Assembly: GCF_964194155.1 (NCBI RefSeq)
Contig: NC_135901.1
Span: 1,674,001 to 1,738,000 of the forward strand
Length of the DNA: 64,000 nt
Source of the DNA: Cetorhinus maximus
Lineage: Eukaryota
Direction: 5' to 3'
Shown here: positions 26,452 to 38,489 of the stretch, piece by piece
How positions within the stretch are numbered: the first letter of the stretch is position 1
Layout of the letters: each line of letters opens with the position of its first letter
Position numbers and translations under genes: made by a program
The notes under the pieces: generated by a model
What the model was told of the DNA's origin: nothing
Databases searched by the model: none
Seen by the model: the letters and a program-made list of their open reading frames with translations, nothing else

Positions 26452-27220
26452 GGGGTTACATGGGGAGGGGTTCCAGATGGGAAAGTCATAACAAACATCA
26501 TGTCGAGATCTGACAGAGTAACTCGATTCATCAGGACCTGAATATCATCGGTCTTTGAATGTGGAAGGAGAAATGTTTGTTCTGTCCATGGGAGAAGATT
26601 TCAAGCATCAGTGTGACTGGAAAAGCACCTAGACACACACACCCAAGTGAGAGTGAACTGACTATGGAAAGAGCTTTAACCAGGTGCACTGCCTGAAAAA
26701 AGAATCGCACCATTCACACTGGGGAGAGACTGTACACATGTTGTTTTGTGCGTGTAAGGCTTCAACTGATCGTCCAACCTGGAGAGACACAAGGACACTG
26801 GCACCTTGGCGAATCTGTGGAATTGGGGGACAGTGGGTTGGGATTCATTTCCCCATTTGAACTGGAAACTGATCAACGCAGTCAGAATGGGGAGAGGCCA
26901 TACACCTGCTCTATGTGTGGAAATGGATTCATTCAATTATCCAGTGTGTTGACACACCAGCATGTTCACACCGGAGAAAGATCATTCAGGTGCTGTGTGT
27001 GTGAGAAGAAATTTGCCTACTCATCTGACAAGCTGGCGTTGAGCAAGTTCACATTGAGGAGCTTCCATTCCCCTGCTGTGTGTGTGGGAAGGGATTCACT
27101 CAGTCAGACCAGCTTCTGAAATACCAGCGAGTACACACTGGAAAGACGCTGTTCATCTGCTCTTTGTGTGGGAAGGCCACGCAGTCATCCAGCCTGAAAC
27201 CCCAGCGAGTACACAAGTGA
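26452..27220 (+). pseudogene. C2H2 ZNF pseudogene (copy F)
   Basis: Family acceptor, leader with both TGAs (26614, 26767), lost ATG, frameshifted fingers, terminal CACAAGTGA. Confidence 0.85.
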
Positions 27221-28779
27221 CTGCAGGAGTTGAATTCTGTTATTGCTGCTGCTAATCACATCCAGGATTGAACTTGTGGGTTAATCGTGAGGTGTGTAAG
27301 AAATGTGTCACAGCCGCTCTCTTCCATGGTTGAAAGCTCGTAGACACAGAACAGAAGGCTCCTTTACAACTGGGTTTAGAGTCAGGAAGAACAGTGAATG
27401 CTGGAAACGTGCTGTCAAATCAGAGATTGGTGTAAAACAGTGATCTGTTCCTGACTGAGAGTGAAACAGCAGGTTTAAGTTTCCAGTCTGATGATTATTA
27501 CGGTACGAGGATTTAAAATTTGTGTGATATTCCTGAGTCTACCATTTTATGGCAATAACAAGTTGCATTTGTGTATGGAACGTTTATAAGCGCTTTCTCA
27601 CCTTCCATTGACTTCAATGTAATGAAAACTGACTGTTGGAACCTGTCAGCACTTGAAAGATATTTACAAATGAGTCGAGGTTGTCTTACAGTTGGGATCT
27701 TTCTCTGTTCTGTCCACTCGAGGCATTAGATAACAGACTTCCTTCTGTGAATATCGAGCTGGAGTATTGGGCCATGATGTGTTTCCTTGTTCATCTTGTT
27801 GACTCTAAATGTTGAATCTTGTGGTTTCAGACACCAGGTAATCAAGCTCACAACAACAGATTGTCTTTTCCTGACTTTATTAACAGCACTGCAATCATAC
27901 AGACAGAGTAATTCCTTACATGGTTCCGGTCCTCTGAGAAGCACTTGAACGATGAAACTTATATGTACTTCAGGAACTGTAATATAGGAAAAGTGTATTG
28001 GTCTGTAATTTTAATTCAATATTCCTTTTTATATCCCATCTACCACTTCCCTGCTGAATTTGTTTGTCTATTTCATATTATTACGTGATTGTCACATTTC
28101 CATATTTTTAACTTGATTACTTCGTCTATAAATGAATTTTATGAGTTTTTTGACGTAAGTTACACTGCAATGCAGCCTTTGGGCTGTGAACATATTTCTT
28201 GAATAAAATATTATTATATCAAAAAAATACTTACCCAATATGGGGAACAGAGGATAATTCAGTGGATTCAGAGCTTTCTTTCCAGCTCTGGTCGAACAAG
28301 CTGTGGCTAAACTGGAGATATTTATATTTTAACTTGTTCACTACATTCGTGATCTGACCATGTTCAAACTATAACCACAAGGATACCTGTGCATTTTTCT
28401 GACTGTGAGCACAAGGCTGTTAATACATTTGCTGAGTCAATTTCAATTTAAACCAGGTTTAAAGACATGATGCTCTATTCATACATCAAAGGTGCGAGAG
28501 ATGCTGTGGGACACACACTGTGTCCAGTAGCTGAAAGTGTTTAACAAACTGAGCTTTGGGTTTAGTGATCCTGGATATGTTAGTGATGTCTTTCCTGGAT
28601 GCTAAGACTAGGAGGGACAGTCTGGAAGGTATGGGGAGCTGGGACTTGTCCATGAGAGGAACTGAAGGTAGGAGAGCTGAAATAATCGAGAGTTAGAAAG
28701 GGGGAAAGGTCCAAAGATGGAAGTGTCAGTAAAAGGACATCAATTACTTTCCTTTTATCCTGGAGAATTTAAGAGGATA

Positions 28780-29780
28780 ACTGGGGCACTGAGTGCAGTT
28801 TTGGTCTCCGTATTTAAGGAAGGAAGAGGTCTTGTGGTGCAGTGGGTAATGTCCCTGTCTCTGAGCCGGAAGCTCTAGGTTCAAGTCGCACTCCAGGACT
28901 TGGCCACGGAAGCTGTGTTCATCACACAGCCAAACAGCTCGGGTATAAACTTATAAACGCTCCCAACTCACACCGATGGCAGATGGAAAGAGAGGGAGGG
29001 AGTCCGTGTCACCCATGTGGTGGAAAGAAGATTGGAGTCTCTTCCATCACTATTTCTAGCTCCGGACTACAACATGTATGTTAAAGTGTATGTTGTCATA
29101 GCAACTCGGACTCCTTAGGCGGGCAGTTTGCTGGATGGCTGGTGTGGATCCGATTGGTACAAACAGCATGGAGTTTGATTCCTGTTCCAGCTGGGGTGGA
29201 TTTGGGACCCGCCTCCTTGCCCTGTGCAGGGTGGAGATCAGGGTGCTGTGAGTCAGACCTGCTTTCAGGCAGAGAACTGAAGAAGATGAAGATTTAATGA
29301 AGGATATAGTTGCATTGGGAGGCAGTACAGCACTGTATTGGTTCCTGGGATGAGAGGGTTGTCTTACGATGAGAGGCCTATATTCTCTGGCGTTCAGGGG
29401 AGTGAGAGGTGATCTCACTGAAACATATAAGATTCTGAATGGGCTTGACAGGGTAAACACTGGGAGGTTGTTTCCCCTGGCTGGCGAATCGAGGAGATGG
29501 GGGCACACACTCCGGTTAATTTAGAATTGAGGTGAGGAGACATTTATTCACATGAAGACATGTGAATGTTTGGAATTCTCTTTCCCCAGAGGGTTGTACA
29601 TGCTCCATTGTTGAACATATTTAAGACTGAGATAGACAGATTTTTGGTCTCTCAGGGAATCAAGGAAATGGGGAGTGGGCGAAAAAGTGCAATTGAAGCT
29701 AACGATCAGCCATGATCGTATTGAATGGCGGAGCAGGCACGATGGGCCATATGGTCTGCTCCTGCTCCTCTCTTATGATT
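28780..29780 (+). mobile_element. CR1 3' fragment carrying a SINE insertion
   Basis: QFWSPYLRK-type sequence is interrupted at ~28824 and resumes at ~29292. RGDLTETYKI peptide and CR1 3' UTR follow. Confidence 0.8.
28825..29291 (+). mobile_element. tRNA-derived SINE, possibly dimeric
   Basis: A box tggtgcagtgg, B box ggttcaagtc (28878), second B-like box at ~29173, GAA-rich tail, and flanking atttaaggaagga/atttaatgaagga. Confidence 0.65.
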
Positions 29781-29923
29781 TTATGACATGCAGTCTGCTT
29801 CCCCCAAAACTGATACATTTGACCAATGTCCAGAATATTAAATTCCAGGCCAGTTATAGGAGGTATTAACATCAGCAAAAACAAACAAAGGACTTGATTA
29901 ACAGCAATTTCCAACCTCTACAA

Positions 29924-30514
29924 TCACTTGTGAACTCGCTGGTGTGTCAGCAAGTGAGAAGAACGAGCAAATCTCTTCCCACAGACAGAGCAGGTGAACG
30001 GCCTCTCCCCAGTGTGAACTTTCTGGTGTCTCAGCAGGTTGGAAGACTGAGAAAAGTGCTTCCCACACACAGAGCAGGTGGATATCTTCTCCCCTGTGTG
30101 AACCCGTTGGTGTCTCACCAGGTTGGATGAAGAAGTGAATCCCTTCCCACACATGGAGCAGGTAAGGGGTCGCTCTCCAGTGTGAACTCGCTGGTGTTGA
30201 ATGAGGTGAGATGACTGTCTGAATCTCTTCTCGCATTGAGAACAACCAAATGGTCTCTCGTCAGTGTGAACAAACTGGTGTTTAATTAGATCCGGTGAGA
30301 TTTTAAAGCCTTTCCCACAATTAGAACATTTAAATGGCCTCTCGTCAGTGTGAACTAGCTGGTGTAACTGAAGGCTGGACATCAGAGTGAATCCCTTCCC
30401 ACACACGGAGCAGGTGTATGGTCTCTCCCCAGTGTGAGTGCGTCGATGAGCTTCCAGCTGGGATGGGCAAATGAATCCCTTCCCACAGTCCCCACATTTC
30501 CATGGTTTCTCCAC
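29924..30514 (-). CDS. C2H2 zinc-finger array (copy G), 7 intact fingers but the family ATG is GTG
   Basis: Open frame (V)EKPWKC...HQRVHK. Acceptor before 30746 and upstream in-frame TGA at 30551-30553. Confidence 0.75.
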   Translation of the reverse strand: MEKPWKCGDCGKGFICPSQLEAHRRTHTGERPYTCSVCGKGFTLMSSLQLHQLVHTDERPFKCSNCGKGFKISPDLIKHQFVHTDERPFGCSQCEKRFRQSSHLIQHQRVHTGERPLTCSMCGKGFTSSSNLVRHQRVHTGEKISTCSVCGKHFSQSSNLLRHQKVHTGERPFTCSVCGKRFARSSHLLTHQRVHK

Positions 30515-31189
30515 GATGCGGGTGTCTTTGTGGCTCTCCAGGTTGGACGATCAGTTGAAGCCTCATTTATATTCAGAACACGTGTCCAGTTGCTCCCTAC
30601 TGTGAAGGGTTCAATGTTTTTTTCAGGCTGTGGAACTGGTTCATGCTGTTTCCACAGTCAGTTCACTGGGATACTCTCACTCAGGTTTGTGTGTGTATCT
30701 TGGTACTTCGGTTTGCATACTCTGTAAATCCTCCCCTTCTAATACCCTGTAAATTAAATTTATAAAGTTTATTATTGTAAATACAGGACAGATATTTAGA
30801 ATCGACTGTTCTAGTTACCATGGAACTTTCTTTTGTCTCTCAATTTCCATAGAATTGTGCTTGATTGCAACTGCCCTCTGAAATGGCCTAGCCAGCCACT
30901 CAGTTGTGTCAAAACACACGACAGAGAAAAACTCTATGAGCGTACCGACATCAAATTACCTTCAGCAGTGCAAGAAGGCGGCTCAGCACCACCACAAGGG
31001 AAATTAGTAATGGGTAACAACTGCTGTCCTTGCCAGCAATGCATACAGCCCATGACTGACTTAAAAGAAACCACAAATATGAAACCTATGTGTTTGTTTT
31101 CGTGAGTCTTCCCTCCTAATCCCTGTGAAAGGAGTTTATTAAATCCATCACTGTCAGCCCTGGACAGAAAGTCACAACATTCTCTTTCT

Positions 31190-31985
31190 GCTTCCGGGCC
31201 CTGGATAACTGCGCATGCGTACTGCTACAAAGCTCAGCCCCTCTGGACACACACGTGACCCAGATACACCAATCGGCTTCTCTCTCGGACAGTAGGAGCG
31301 GTTGGGAAAATTAAGAAACAATCGTAGGGGAAACATTTTTATCAACATCTACTAACAGATATATTAAAAGCTTACTTCTTACTGTCTAAGAACAGTAAAA
31401 GGGACTGCTTAATGCATAGGCAATCTAAAAGTTTTTGTAGCACCATAAAGCTTTTGTGCCAACCACGAAGCTTAACAGTTGACAGGACTGTAAAGCTCTC
31501 GGGGTAGGAATTCAATTCAGTGCAATACTTTTGCAACTCAATGTTCCTGCAGATGGATGGGGGTGAATTGAGTCCTTCCCTTCAACCACCCGTAAATAAA
31601 TAACTATAAACTAATCGGGACTGTCAATGGCGGGGCTTTTACCCATCATCCGCCGCGGTGGAGAATGCCCCCTATCCACACCCCGGGAGAGCAATACGCA
31701 GGCGCAGTGATGATGATGATGGATAAACCCTTGTTTACCGCATTTGCAGCCGGTAAGCGGAGAAGGGAGCGATGGACCCGGCGGGTGGGCAGGGAGGTAT
31801 CAATAACATCCAGTGTCGGTTGCCAGCACCGAATGAGAACCTGCAGTCCAGCGTTTGAGGCTCCGAGTTTTTTTTCCCGGGGAAAGGCCCAGATCAACGG
31901 CCACCATCTTGTTTTAGTAGGTAGGAGAGCGCATGCGCTGCAATCTTGGTGACGCAACAAAGGGAGGGCGGGTGTTCAGGGTCTC
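31190..31985. promoter_or_regulatory. CpG-rich head-to-head promoter region between copies G and H
   Basis: TGCGCATGCG (~31210, ~31929), E-box CACGTG, CCAAT, YY1-like GCCACCATCTT, and the donor CCG|GTAAGC at 31753. Confidence 0.6.
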
Positions 31986-32291
31986 AGTGACCAAGAGAAA
32001 AATCATTAATAAATAATAAAATCATTGATTTGATTCTCATTCTGCTCACAGGGGCTGGAGAACTGAACCCAGGCAGAGGAGGGGAAGGGAGAAACTGGGA
32101 ATGGAGGAAAGAAATGGTGCAGATGGTGAGACGGGTTTCGATTTAAGCTCAAGGTGAGGGAGACTGTGTGGAATGGGGACTTACAGCTTTTGGAGAACAA
32201 AAGGGAAAAATATCTTCCAAAGAAACTAGAATTGTCTTCTGAATTTCTATCCTGGACTTACAGCGATGACTATTGTAAACTCCTTTTCCAG

Positions 32292-33474
32292 GTCATTAAA
32301 ATGGAGGATTTGTATACAGGAAACTCAAACATCAAGTCAAGAGTAGACAGAGTCACCTCAGTCATCAAGATCTGAGTATCATCAGCCTTTGAATGTAGAG
32401 GAAGAAATGTTTGTCTCGTCTGTCTATGGAAAAATATTACAAAGATCAGTGTGACTGGAAAAGCACTGGGACACACATCCAAGTGAGAGGGTTCCAATGC
32501 ACTGACTATGGAAAGAGCTTTAACCAGTTACACGGCTTGAATAAACATCACACCATTCACAGCAGACAGAAACTAAACTGTACAGGTGTTCTGAGTATGA
32601 ATGAGGTTTCAACTGATTGTCCGTTGGAGAGACACAGGGACACTAACACCATGGAGAAACCATGGAAATATGGGGACTGTGGAACCGGATCCATTTCCCC
32701 ATCCCTGCTGGAAATGCATTGGCGTATTCACACTGGGGAGAGGCCATTCACCTGCTCTGTGTGTGGGAAGTGAATCTCAGTAATCCCGCCTTCTGACACA
32801 TCAACTTGGTCATTCCGATGACAAACATTTTAAATGTTCTGACCATGAGAAAAGCTTCAAAAGAAAAATGGATCTGACACACCAACTCCTTCACACTGGG
32901 GAGAGGCCGTTCACCTGCTCTGACTGTGGGAAAAGATTCAGGAGTTCATCCAATCTTAATACCCACCAGCGAGAGGCCATTCACTTGTTCGATTTGTGGG
33001 AAAGGATTCACTCAATCATCTGTTCTGCTGACACACCAACTTGTTCACAGTGCTCAGAGACTGTTCAAATGTTCTGACTGTGAGAGGAGCTTTAAAGGCC
33101 CAACAGATCTGCTGAAATACCAGCGAATTCACACTGGGGAGAGGCCATTCACCTGCTCAGAGTGTGGGTAGGGATTCACATGAACATCCCACCTTCAGAA
33201 ACACCAGCAAGTTCACTCCATTAAGAAACATTTTAAATGTTCTGACTGTGGGAAGATATTTGAAAGCAGAAATCAAATGATGCAACACCAGTGCTCACAC
33301 ACTGGGGAGAGGCCTTACACCTATCCTGTGTGTGGGAAGGAATTCAAATATCCATTCCTTCTGCTGACACTCCAGCGAGTTCACGTCAGGGAGAGGCTGT
33401 TCATCTGCTGTGTGTGTGGGAAGGGATTCAATGTGTCATCCAATCTGCAGAGACACCAGGATGTTCACAAGTGA
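32292..33474 (+). pseudogene. C2H2 ZNF pseudogene (copy H)
   Basis: Multiple stops and frameshifts across ~10 fingers. Leader TGAs at 32452 and 32614, followed by the family 3' tail. Confidence 0.85.
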
Positions 33475-33734
33475 CTGCAGGGGTTTGAATTCCATTGTTA
33501 TTACCGTAGTTAATCACCTCCAGGACTGGACAATGTTCATTTTGATACGAGGTGTTTGTTTCTGCTGATAATGATCCCTATAACTGGGCTGGTGTTTAAT
33601 TCTGGATAAATGTTAAATTAATCAGCTTGGTGTCAAACACACTGTGTGGAGTATTTGTTTTCTCCAGGATAAGAGGAGACTAATTGAAATCTTGTTGTCA
33701 ACTGTTCCATTTCTGGGCCTTTTCTCCTCCGTTC

Positions 33735-34070
33735 AAGAAAGATTTGTATTTCTGTAGAGCCTTTCATGACACCAGGATATCTCAAAGCATTTAACAGCTA
33801 ATGAAATTTCTATGAAGTGCAGTACATGTTGTAATGTAGGAAATACAGCAGCTCATTTATGCACAGCAAGATCCCATGGAAGCAACATGATCAGACCCAG
33901 AAAAGCTGTTTGAGTGATGTTGATCAAGGGATCAACATTGGTCATGACACTGGGCAGAGCTTCCCTGCTCGTCAAAATAGCAGCAATGGATCTTGTATAC
34001 CCATCGGCTGAAGATCTCATCTGACAGTGCAGTGCTCCCTTGGTACTGCAACGGAATCGTCATCCTTCCA
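33735..34070 (-). mobile_element. DeuSINE (SacSINE1-like) fragment
   Basis: The reverse complement resembles the Deu core (gatcc..tgc..ctattt..agcagggaag..gtgtc..ccaatgttgatccc) with an L2-type tail. Recognised from memory of the family. Confidence 0.6.
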
Positions 34071-35639
34071 TCTACATGACATGATGGACGTACAGCAAAT
34101 CAAACTGTTGGGGATGGGGGAGCCTCATATGGTTCACTTTTACTGATGGCTGAAGAGACCAATCCGTGGGAGGCAGGTTCTGCCACAAGTGTCAGATGTG
34201 AAGTGGTTCTCAGGTGGGGTTGTGGGTTGTTGTTTTCAGTGTTGGCGCCTGTTGCCAAGTGGCTGCAGTCACCAGGGATGAGAATAGCCAAAGACAGAAA
34301 GGTCTGAAAATCTTTTGGTGATAAGGAATCATGTAATTTAGCAGTTTTTATGATGTGAAATAAATTCAAATTCTTCTAGCCCACTTCAAATGGGTGGAAT
34401 TATTCAACTTCAAGTGGGTAAAACCTGAGTTTTCCTTTTGTTTACCTTCTATTACCATCAAAACTGTGACCAATGCCTTTGTATCAAGTCACCAGAGTGA
34501 GATGAGCATTCAATGCAGTTAGTGCCTGTAATACAGGATGAAGTCCATACTAACAACAACATGAGCTTGCTGGGTTATGTACATGCGAAGTGAAGCAAAG
34601 GGTTATGTCAGTGTGTCACCAGCTATTTTCCAATGTGCCACCATTTTAACTCACCAATACCTTCGAGGGCAATTAGGGATGGGCAACAGATGTTGGTCTT
34701 GCCAGTGATGCCCACATTGCATAAACAAACATCTATACAACAAAACTCTTGAAAATTAATGTGATCCCAGACGCCAGTAAAAACAAAGCAATAAAGCAGC
34801 ACAGTAACATTCAGCAAATAATTGTTAAAATCCACATCATAGATCAACATATCAATATGAAAGTCTGTATTTTTAAAGAACTTGCTAAAAATATTATTTT
34901 ACACATTCGTAGGTTAAGCCAACTCAGTGAAACTCCTCACACCTCCATCCTCCCACACACACTTTGTAATCAGCTGCTCCCTCACACCACCCCGCCCCGC
35001 CCATTACACACACACACACACACACACGCCCTTCTTTCCAAATCCCTCCCACTCACTCACTCGGCAGTCCCATTCACCAACCCCATCCACTTAGCAGTTT
35101 CTCTTCTCAACCCTGCCCCCCGCCCCCCCCACCCCCCCAATTCTTCCCAACCTACACCCCTACCCCAACTCATTCAGCAGCCCCTCTTCCCAATGCCCCC
35201 ACTCACTCACTCGGCTTTCCAAGAGCCTGACAGCAATACAGAGCCATCGTGGGGCCCCATCGAACCCTTCGTGAGCAGGTCACTGTGACTGAAAACTGGC
35301 ACTGATTCACTATAATCAGCCAAGACTTGGGTTCCACTGCTCCCAGCCCGCTAGCTAGTTCTGTGTCAAAGCAAATCCCTTCACAGGTCAGGGACTCTCA
35401 TTCGAACTTGATTCAATGAACAACTCATATTATAAACAAAGAATGTACCAGTCTGAAATAGCCAGTTGTTAAATTAATTTTAGAAGACTAATTAATCTAA
35501 TGAAGGTTGTTCAGAGTCTATTTTCTACAAGTACTTTATTGAATTATACTATTCACAATAAGCTGCTGTTTCCAAATGTTCCAGAGAACAAAAGACTTCT
35601 GTCTCAGGCTCGACTCTGCTGCTTCCCCACACCCCATCC

Positions 35640-36420
35640 CCAACTGGTCTGCATGTAGATGTAGTCTTTTAAGCAAAACCCTACCGAAGGTCTTCCCTGT
35701 GACACTGAGAAGTGAGATGCCCCTGTAGTCTTTGCTTTTGTATATTGTGATGATTTTTGAATCACACATATCGGGTCGAAGGGATCATACCTTCCAATAG
35801 AGACAGAGGTCGTGAAAGTGTGGCAGGAGATGGGACTTTCTGTGCTTGAGCAGTTTGGCTGCAAGAGCCGGGTGCCTTCCTGTTTGCTAAGAAATCGATG
35901 GTCTTTTTGAGCTCATCCAACTCAACCCTGACAGGAAGCTGTGGGAAAGTGTCAAACGGAAACTGGGAGATGTCCATCTCATGGGTGTACAGCTGACAGT
36001 AGTGTTCAACCCAGCAGGACATATGTTTACATCAGTTGGTGAGTACTTCACCATCTGTCAATTTCAATTTCAGGGGGGCAACTTTGGTGATGGTAGGACC
36101 AAGTGTGCTCTTGATCCCATCATACATAGCACGCAGATTACCATTGTCACAGGTGGTTTGGATTTCATGTAAGTTGATCCAGAGTTTATTTGCACATCAT
36201 CACCCTGTTCTTTTTGCACAACTGTCTTGATACTTTTAAGTGATTGAGTGTTCTATGCTGTGCATCTGGTGGGCTTTGCTTTTTGCTTCAATGACAGATG
36301 CCATCTCTGCTGAGTGGGTCTCAAACTAGTCTTTGTTGTGGGTTCCACCTTTACCAAAAGTTGCTGCTGCTGTGTCAGAAATGATTGAATCAGTGACTTC
36401 CAAACTTCATCAATATCAAT
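35640..36420 (-). mobile_element. RTE-clade LINE fragment
   Basis: WVEHY.QLY, KAPG and DYRGISLLSVTGKTFGRVLLKRL peptides. Confidence 0.75.
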
Positions 36421-36868
36421 GTTGATTGATGAAGCTTTTATTGATGTGCCTGTAAAATATTTTACTGTTTTGTTTATGTTCCTTAATTTAATTTCATAAT
36501 GGAGGTGTCACTATGAAAAATGTGGAAGTCATTAAGAATTGTCAGCAAGGATTAATTAGCACTTTCTAATTGGAGATGTTAATCGGAGGAACCCTTCAGA
36601 CACTGAATTGTAGATTTTTCATCAAAGATCAATTTAGGATTGAAGTAAAAGTTCATAATTTTATTGTAAGCGGGTTCTTGTTGAGATTTCTTAAACTAAG
36701 GGGAAAGATCACAGATGGTGCTTTTAAAACGGGACATTGCAGACCCGAAAATCAGTGACATCTCCGGAACATTCAACTCCAGCCAGTTATGGGGTTGTTA
36801 ATAACATCAGAATGCCAATGCTGGACCTGATTCACAGCAGCAAAAACAGCAGAAACCAATCCCCGCAG

Positions 36869-37759
36869 TCATTTATGAATTTGCTGGTGTCTCAGCAGGT
36901 GTTGTGACTGAGTGAATCTCTTCCCACACACGGAGCAAATGAACGGTCTCTCGCCAGTGTGAATTCTCTGGTGTATCACCAAGTTGGAGGACTTTGTGAA
37001 TCCTTTCCCACACACAGAGCAGATGAATGGCTTCTCCCCAGTGTGAACTCGCTGATGTTTAACAAGGCTGGATGAACACCTGAACCTTTTTCCACAGGAG
37101 CTGCAGGTGAATAGCTTCTGCTCAGTGTGAGCCTGCTGGTGGTTCTGGAGGCTGGATAACCGAGCAAATTCCTTCTCACACAAGGAGCAGGTGAACGGCC
37201 TCTCCTCAGTGTGAATTTGCTGGTGTGCAGTGAGGTTGGATGAAGATCTGAACCGCTTTCCACAGTAAGTGCAGATGAATGGCTTCTCCTCAGTGTGAAT
37301 AAGCTGGTGTGTCAGCAGGTGGGATGACCCAGTGAACCTCTTCCCACACACCGAGCAGGCGAACAGCCTCTCCCCAGTGTGAATTCGCTGGTGTGCAGTG
37401 AGGTTGGAAGAAGATCTGAATCTCTTTCCACAGTAAGTGCAGATGAATGGCTTCTCCTCAGTGTGAATAAGCTGGTGTGTCAGCAGGTGGGATGACCCAG
37501 TGAATCCCTTCCCACAAACTGAACAGGTGAATGGCTTTTCCACAGTGTGAATGTGTTGATGGTTTTTCAGCTGGGATGGATAATTGAATCCTTTACCACA
37601 ATCTTCACATTTCCATAGTTTCTCTTGGGTGCTGGCCCCAGTGTGACTGTGTTGATGAATTTCCAGAAGGGATGGATAATTGAATCCTTTACCACAGTCC
37701 CGACATTTCCATGGTTTCTCCATGGTACCAATGTGCTTGTGTCTCTCCAGGTTGGACAT
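36869..37759 (-). CDS. C2H2 zinc-finger protein (copy I), 10 fingers
   Basis: Intact 296-aa ORF with ATGs at 37759 and 37723 (MEKPWKC). Acceptor before 38075. Confidence 0.9.
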   Translation of the reverse strand: MSNLERHKHIGTMEKPWKCRDCGKGFNYPSLLEIHQHSHTGASTQEKLWKCEDCGKGFNYPSQLKNHQHIHTVEKPFTCSVCGKGFTGSSHLLTHQLIHTEEKPFICTYCGKRFRSSSNLTAHQRIHTGERLFACSVCGKRFTGSSHLLTHQLIHTEEKPFICTYCGKRFRSSSNLTAHQQIHTEERPFTCSLCEKEFARLSSLQNHQQAHTEQKLFTCSSCGKRFRCSSSLVKHQRVHTGEKPFICSVCGKGFTKSSNLVIHQRIHTGERPFICSVCGKRFTQSQHLLRHQQIHK

Positions 37760-38489
37760 TCAGTGAAGCCTCATCCACATACAACACTTGTACAGTTTCT
37801 CCTCACTTTGAATGGTGTGATGTTTTTTCAGACTGTGTAACTGGTTGCAGTTATTTCCAGTCAGTTCACTGGAACACTCACTTGGGTGTGTGTTTCTCGG
37901 TGCTTTTCAAGCCACACTAATGTTTGAAATCTTTTCCAACAGACTGAACAGATAAACATTTATCTTTCCACATTCAAAGGCCAACGATATTCAGGTCCAA
38001 ATGAATTAAGTGAGTCATCCAGATTGTGATATGATGTTTGGTTTGAGTTTTACATCTGCAAATCCTTCCAATATTCTGTAAAGGGAGTTTACAAAAGTCA
38101 TCAAAACAGACAATTCTAGTTTCTATGGAACTTGTTTTCCTGTCTTGTTCCCCCAAAGCTGTAAATCCCCGTCCCACACACTCTCTCCTCCCTGGGCTGA
38201 AATCCAAACCCATCTCACCATCTCCACCATTTCTTTCCTCCACTCCCAGTTTTCTCCCTCCCTCTCCTCTGCCTGGGTTCAGTTCTCCAGCTCCTGTCTG
38301 CAGACTGACAATAAAATCAATGAGTCTTATTGGGGGTTTGGGGCCTCCAGCGGGTGTTTCTGAATCCTCCCCGCCCACCTCCCAGGGTTTCCTTCCTTCC
38401 CACAGATCAGATCCTGATTGATTTGAGCCCAAAGTGTAACCTCTTATTTCTTGTCCCCCCTCCCCTATCCTCTGATGTGAACCATCCTC

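Noticed and set aside
28825-28900. tRNA genes here and at 39735 and 47110
   Set aside because: A/B boxes are present, but no complete cloverleaf is evident and each continues into a SINE body.
29894-30727. Overlapping alternative-frame and antisense ORFs on ZNF exons (HWGEAVHLL.., TLGRGHSP..)
   Set aside because: Expected shadow frames of repetitive finger codons, with no independent coding evidence.
34749-35288. 179-aa Pro/His-rich ORF
   Set aside because: Spans low-complexity C-rich and (CA)n sequence with no family features.
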